Shown piece after piece: positions 59,403 to 64,000 of a stretch of DNA of 64,000 bases (the first letter of the stretch is position 1; each line of letters begins with the position of its first letter). Position numbers and translations under genes: made by a program. The DNA lies in the IMG/VR virus record IMGVR_UViG_3300033153_013547, positions 1-64,000 of that record, one strand, 5' to 3'. A model generated the notes under the pieces. That model saw nothing but the letters and a program-made list of their open reading frames with translations, made no database searches and was not told the origin of the DNA.

Positions 59403-60094
59403 AAATCATCAAGATCAGCAATAGCCTGTTCCATTACTTGAGTATAGTCTTTGAGAGGACAATCTTCAATTGTAGCAATAGTAACAAGAGCTGCTTGCCA
59501 TTTTTTCAATTGATCAACAGAAAGTTCAGGAAAACAATCTTTCTCATCCTTGCCTTCTCTTTCTTTGTCAATCATTTCTTGAGTTGGTAAATGAGCATGA
59601 TCAATAAGTTTTTGGAGATTATGATATATGTTCCAACCAAGAAAATCACAATAATTCCAATGATCAGGATCAGCATATCCTCTGGTGGCTCTTTGCCAAG
59701 CCCACAAAAAGGGCATAAATGGATACCAGAGAAAGTCAAATATGTCTGTGGCAGACATCCAACTAAGAGGATGGTTGTCAGCAAATTTTGAACGCAAAAT
59801 TAGTCTAAACCATATAAAGGCAAATACCAGTTGCCAGTTAGCAGAATTGAACCAAGTTCTCCTAAAACTTGTTTCACCCATAGTAAAAACGTTAGCTAAA
59901 TGTGTTTTAGGCATGGCAACTTTCTTAGTATCATTTGATGTCTTCATTTGTTCTCCATATTTTAGGCCAATTGCTGTATATTCCATCATCAGATAACTTA
60001 GGCAGTGGGCAGTCAGGTAAAATGCCTTGTTCAAGTGCATCCTGATACCTCTGGAAGGAAGCCAAAGTATATGGCTTAGGATAAGCATCATCAA
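59372..60094 (-). CDS. hypothetical protein (start probably ~59947)
   Basis: WAWQRA.RGY.D.D.WN...LWD, a common phage pattern. Confidence 0.65.
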   Translation of the reverse strand: MMMLILSHILWLPSRGIRMHLNKAFYLTAHCLSYLMMEYTAIGLKYGEQMKTSNDTKKVAMPKTHLANVFTMGETSFRRTWFNSANWQLVFAFIWFRLILRSKFADNHPLSWMSATDIFDFLWYPFMPFLWAWQRATRGYADPDHWNYCDFLGWNIYHNLQKLIDHAHLPTQEMIDKEREGKDEKDCFPELSVDQLKKWQAALVTIATIEDCPLKDYTQVMEQAIADLDDFWSYYTFLWD

Positions 60095-60464
60095 CCACAG
60101 GACAAATATTTACTGGACAATCAGCACAGCAAAACACTAATTCTACTTGAACTGAGGGTGAAGGAATAGTTTTTACCCGGATTGCTACACGAATACCTTT
60201 TTTGTCAGTCATGTTGATCCTCAACAAACATATATGAGAAAATTTTTCTACAAGTTGTTCAATAAATAACTTGACTTTATAGGGACAGAGTAAAGAATCA
60301 CCAAGCTCAATGCATTTGCCATTCACATCTATATGCCAATATGTTTTTGTTGCATCAATAAGGATATAGGCATGTCCTGATGATTTATCAGGTAATGTAA
60401 AATCCCAGTAAAAATCTCCAGAACCAGATTGCTTCCAATTACCTTTTAGTTTGGTGTTCATCAA
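59931..60464 (-). CDS. 'C-x-Y/H-K-A-K-L' paralog fused to a Cys-rich C-terminal domain
   Basis: KLKGNW...YWHI...CPYKVKLFIE, then CADCP..C...PDCPLP. Confidence 0.65.
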   Translation of the reverse strand: MMNTKLKGNWKQSGSGDFYWDFTLPDKSSGHAYILIDATKTYWHIDVNGKCIELGDSLLCPYKVKLFIEQLVEKFSHICLLRINMTDKKGIRVAIRVKTIPSPSVQVELVFCCADCPVNICPVVDDAYPKPYTLASFQRYQDALEQGILPDCPLPKLSDDGIYSNWPKIWRTNEDIK

Positions 60465-60482
60465 TAATTCCTCTAAGCAGTT

Positions 60483-60800
60483 CTAATCAAATTCTTCATA
60501 CAACCACTCAGATTCTTTAGCCCTATCAACATGATTAATTATCATATTGTTGTTATTGTAAGATACTTTGAACAACTGCCAAGATTGATTGCTATCTCGT
60601 GGTATGTACCAATAAAGAGGGTTGTAGCCAAATTTTTCAATGAAACGACGAGAATATGCTGCATATCGTGAATTTTTAGATGTATTTTGCTCAAAGACAG
60701 CACCAAATTGATTATGAAATTGTTTGAGTGCTCCCCCAGACATAGGAGCACTCTGAATTGCTTTCCTAACCATATTGATCATCATAGATATAGAAATCAT
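60483..60800 (-). CDS. hypothetical protein
   Basis: 105 aa, GAGG RBS. Confidence 0.6.
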   Translation of the reverse strand: MISISMMINMVRKAIQSAPMSGGALKQFHNQFGAVFEQNTSKNSRYAAYSRRFIEKFGYNPLYWYIPRDSNQSWQLFKVSYNNNNMIINHVDRAKESEWLYEEFD

Positions 60801-61297
60801 GATTGTTCCTCCTGTTGCATTCCTCTCATTTCTATAGATCTATTGTTCCTTTCTTGTTCATTCCTATCAGCCAGGTAATCCCTGGCTTCATATGCTTCCT
60901 GAGCCAATTCTGGTATTTCCTGACTAAACTCTGACTGAACAGCACTACCACCTTTTGGTGGATTTGTTGGTTTCTTGTTATCATTTGGTTGATAACCTTG
61001 AAAATTGTTCTGTCGAGGAACAACAACACTACCTGACTCATTAAGTTCAGAAATATACAGATGACCCACCAGAGGTTGTAACGGAGAATTGTTGTTACCT
61101 ATAGACTTATCAGATTCAGGAACATATGAGTGATCTACCAGAGATTGTGATGAGGAATTGTTGTTACCTATAGACACATGAATCTCAAGTCCTGCAAGTT
61201 CTTTGACATCAGAAATCAAATTCCTGATTTCCCTAATGATGACAATAGCATCTTTAGGTTTATCCAACACTTCTTTTACCAATGTAATCCAGTCCAT
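60797..61297 (-). CDS. hypothetical low-complexity protein with an internal 21-aa tandem duplication
   Basis: SIGNNNS..Q.LV.H.Y..E occurs twice. Confidence 0.65.
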   Translation of the reverse strand: MDWITLVKEVLDKPKDAIVIIREIRNLISDVKELAGLEIHVSIGNNNSSSQSLVDHSYVPESDKSIGNNNSPLQPLVGHLYISELNESGSVVVPRQNNFQGYQPNDNKKPTNPPKGGSAVQSEFSQEIPELAQEAYEARDYLADRNEQERNNRSIEMRGMQQEEQS

Positions 61298-61306
61298 AAT
61301 AACTCC

Positions 61307-61534
61307 TTATCCATTTTTTCCCACATCAAGTGGAACAAATCCCAACTTTTTCCTAACCAGTTTCTCACTATCTTTCTCGTCATACAACACAAAATCTTTA
61401 TCCTTAGAACAAATGGAACAAATCCTACTAATTTGAAGAGTTTTGCTGTGAATAACCCAGACGAGATCTAAATACTTTCCACACAATTGACATTTACCCT
61501 GTCTAATCATGATCCTCCTGGGAAAGTAAATCAT
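61307..61534 (-). CDS. small zinc-finger protein
   Basis: CQLCG...ICSIC. Confidence 0.55.
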   Translation of the reverse strand: MIYFPRRIMIRQGKCQLCGKYLDLVWVIHSKTLQISRICSICSKDKDFVLYDEKDSEKLVRKKLGFVPLDVGKNG

Positions 61535-61772
61535 TCCATTCGTCTATAGTAGCACCTGACATAAGAAATTCCCTCTGATCATTGGTATATTCTGGGAAAA
61601 TCTGCTGAACAGATTTTTCTAAGTCATAGACAAGATCATGATACTGATCAGAAGTCATGATAAACTCTTGGGAGTGTAACTTTCCTGTAAGTAAAGACCT
61701 TACAACAATATTCATTTTCAAGAGTCCAGAGGGAAGTGTTGTCAAATTCTCAATTCTTCTTAGTGCTAACAA
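61503..61772 (-). CDS. conserved small phage protein
   Basis: S.LTG...VQ.IFP....DQREFLMSG.T..EW. Confidence 0.7.
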   Translation of the reverse strand: MLALRRIENLTTLPSGLLKMNIVVRSLLTGKLHSQEFIMTSDQYHDLVYDLEKSVQQIFPEYTNDQREFLMSGATIDEWNDLLSQEDHD

Positions 61773-61815
61773 TATTCTACTCCTTTCAACCTTTTTATAA
61801 AGTTCCTAATAGACC

Positions 61816-62064
61816 TTAGACAGAATGGCTGTTGAAATATCGAGTAACATTGTGCTTTGCTTCATGTGCTGTTGCAAATGGGAATACTATCTCGTAATCA
61901 CCATTCTTATGGTCAAATTCCCAGCTCCATACTGATGGTTTGCATATGGAGTCTTCTACAATCACAGCACGTCCTGCTGGGAAAAGACGCTCATACTTTT
62001 CGCGTACATTGGGTGTAAATGGATTACGACCGATGCGATCAATCTTTTTCCATCTTCTGTCCAT
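61816..62064 (-). CDS. hypothetical protein (start MDRRW)
   Basis: AGGAGG RBS before ATG 62064. Confidence 0.65.
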   Translation of the reverse strand: MDRRWKKIDRIGRNPFTPNVREKYERLFPAGRAVIVEDSICKPSVWSWEFDHKNGDYEIVFPFATAHEAKHNVTRYFNSHSV

Positions 62065-62125
62065 CCGCTTTCCTCCTAAACTTATGGTTTTTGTTTGTTT
62101 GACCAATACAAGAACAAAAACCATA

Positions 62126-62570
62126 ATCAGTCAAGAATGACTGATAGATGTAATTCCCATTTGACAAATATTAGAGTCAAATAGTGACTTACCCTTGTTC
62201 ACCCAGCCATCTTTTTATTCAAAAGGGAGCCCAATGCAAGCATTCAGGCAAAGATGGATCAGTCAAGGTGTCTTAATACTAAAAATAAGCAGCCAAGCAA
62301 ACAGGGCTGTAATCAAAAGCATTTCTATAAATGCTCCTTTTGCAACCCAGCATTTGTGGAATGCTTTGTTTGCTTGACCAATACCTATGGCAGAGCTAAA
62401 ACTTCAGTCAATAAACCAGCCTACCTTTTGACTGATCTTTGACATGATCAGTCAATGTCATAGTAAGCCAATTCCAGCATCTACAAGCTGCCAAAGATGC
62501 TTTATTGAGATAGAAGCAATCCTTGGGACCCAACTTACCACATATTGGGTAGAGGATTCTTCTACTCTTC
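62126..62570. ncRNA. candidate large structured non-coding element
   Basis: Longest gap in minus-strand coding, packed with inverted repeats; see findings. Confidence 0.5.
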
Positions 62571-62586
62571 AACCAACATATTCCCA

Positions 62587-62982
62587 TTAGTTGGTTGTTG
62601 AGGTCTTTTCCCTAATAGACAAAAACTGAATGTCTGGAAGATGTTCTGCTAAGCAACCCACTTCCAAATAAACCTTAGTGTCTTCTGCAGGAATGCCACT
62701 ATTTACTACAGAAATTTCAATAAATAGTGGCACTTGGGGATATTTCTTTATATCATCATGTAACAGAAATATCCCAGTATTCCTGCTATGTTTCCCCATA
62801 TCTATATGCAATTGGTAACCAATATACCTCATAGAAGCATCTGAGCAATGAAGACGCATAGTAAGTAGAAGATAACTGCTTGGAAGATTCATGTCTTCAG
62901 ACAAATTTTCCAACTGCACATGATTATAGATCCAATGAGGTAAGAATTCTAACAGAGTAGCAATCCTTTCTTCAGAAAGCAT
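62587..62982 (-). CDS. hypothetical protein
   Basis: 131 aa, AGGAGG RBS. Confidence 0.65.
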   Translation of the reverse strand: MLSEERIATLLEFLPHWIYNHVQLENLSEDMNLPSSYLLLTMRLHCSDASMRYIGYQLHIDMGKHSRNTGIFLLHDDIKKYPQVPLFIEISVVNSGIPAEDTKVYLEVGCLAEHLPDIQFLSIREKTSTTN

Positions 62983-63224
62983 TGTTATCCTCCTGTTTTT
63001 GTATTTTGTGAAGACAACACTTATATTATTCCTAATAATAGAAAATTATAGGAAAATGTGAAATATTTGCTGATCAGTCAGCATCACAAAAAAACAGAGT
63101 TGCAACTATGGTTTGTTGTGGTTTCTGTCTTTCCTACAATTTTTTAGGAATTTGATTGCAAGAAAATTACTGGTCCTTCCAACTCATGCAGTCTTCATGA
63201 AATTGCGTAAGATTATGATAAGCA

Positions 63225-63545
63225 TCAATAATCATGATTATCCTCTATTTGTTGTTTCCATCTGAGCATGGCTTTTTCTGCAGCCAACTTTGCCTTGTAA
63301 ATACAAGGTTCAAAACCATGGAATGCAGGATCATCTACAGTTCCTAAGGGTATAGACCAAAGAGTTGTCTTAGTTCTACAAAATGATCGTTTGCTGAATA
63401 GTCGCCATGCCCAATTACTATCATGAGATAGGCCTCTCCAAACAATAGCAGCAACTTTTGATCCATCAGGCAAAGAAGTTACCCATTGCCATTCAAGCAA
63501 TACTGGTTTCCAATTACCTACTAATGATTTTGCTTTCTCAATCAT
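63225..63545 (-). CDS. 'C-x-Y/H-K-A-K-L' paralog family member
   Basis: SLVGNW...WAWRLF...GFEPCIYKAKLAAE. Confidence 0.7.
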   Translation of the reverse strand: MIEKAKSLVGNWKPVLLEWQWVTSLPDGSKVAAIVWRGLSHDSNWAWRLFSKRSFCRTKTTLWSIPLGTVDDPAFHGFEPCIYKAKLAAEKAMLRWKQQIEDNHDY

Positions 63546-63549
63546 CTTG

Positions 63550-63807
63550 TCAGTCAGTGAGCAAACATCTTTGATCTTCTGGTCCTACTACAATGAATGT
63601 CTTCAGTGTTAGTGGTTTAGATTGTTCTTTTACCACAGGGGTTTCCACTTGTTCTAATTTCAGTTGTTGTTCAGATATACCAATAGTAAAGATCAAAGCA
63701 AGTATAATAATTCCAATTACTATATTGCTAACAACAACAATCATAGGAGAGCAGTTTGGATTGTTGATATAACATCCACTGCTACAAGCATCTCTCAATT
63801 CTTTCAT
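63550..63807 (-). CDS. small membrane protein
   Basis: One TM; AAGGA RBS. Confidence 0.55.
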   Translation of the reverse strand: MKELRDACSSGCYINNPNCSPMIVVVSNIVIGIIILALIFTIGISEQQLKLEQVETPVVKEQSKPLTLKTFIVVGPEDQRCLLTD

Positions 63808-64000
63808 GATTTCTTCCTTTTACACATTTTTCTACTGCAATGAAGACAAAACTATGTTCTATGGCATGAAGGAAAGGCTACCCATCACTGGCACAAAACA
63901 ACAAGAAATAGAGAGTAACAAGAGTAACAATAGTCCTGCTGAAATCAAGTAATTTATGAGTAAATCAGTTTGTGAATCAATGGATGAATTCTTGGATAAA

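Noticed and set aside
398-62442. All other plus-strand ORFs in the track
   Set aside because: They lie opposite well-supported minus-strand genes or in structured DNA, lack RBSs and have Ser/Leu/Ile/Phe-rich shadow composition.
1-64000. Alternative genetic code (stop-codon reassignment)
   Set aside because: Long conserved genes are intact in code 11, and TAA, TAG and TGA all terminate genes at tight junctions.

Overview
An AT-rich, gene-dense 64 kb segment of what is very probably a large (jumbo-type) bacteriophage genome. Essentially all real genes are on the minus strand; the plus-strand ORFs are shadows, and no virion structural genes are recognisable. The window encodes: a DpnA-like DNA methyltransferase (partial, missed by the ORF track); MmcB nuclease; dCMP deaminase; a complete PRTRC-type prokaryotic ubiquitin-like operon (Ub-like, E2, JAB, E1); SbcCD; a Clp/Hsp100 ATPase; a Cas4-like protein; NYN nuclease; peptide deformylase; SNF2 helicase; a very compact two-subunit RNA polymerase; a GlyRS catalytic core; an Rnl1 RNA ligase; an HslV/proteasome-beta-like peptidase; a SpoU methyltransferase; NAD- and ATP-dependent DNA ligases with altered motifs; a lytic transglycosylase; a stand-alone Lon protease domain; a stand-alone IleRS C-terminal domain; a tRNA-Leu; and many small paralogous ORFs. 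The best candidates for something new are: (1) three tandem, covarying structured RNA elements directly in front of a 648-aa protein with a TerD-like C-terminus; (2) the ubiquitin-like operon together with an unfoldase and proteases; (3) the miniaturised RNAP; (4) a ~450-nt highly structured non-coding region near 62.1-62.6 kb; and (5) a strong CpG-depleted, GATC-enriched composition interrupted by CpG-normal islands. All family assignments come from motif recognition by eye, not database searches.
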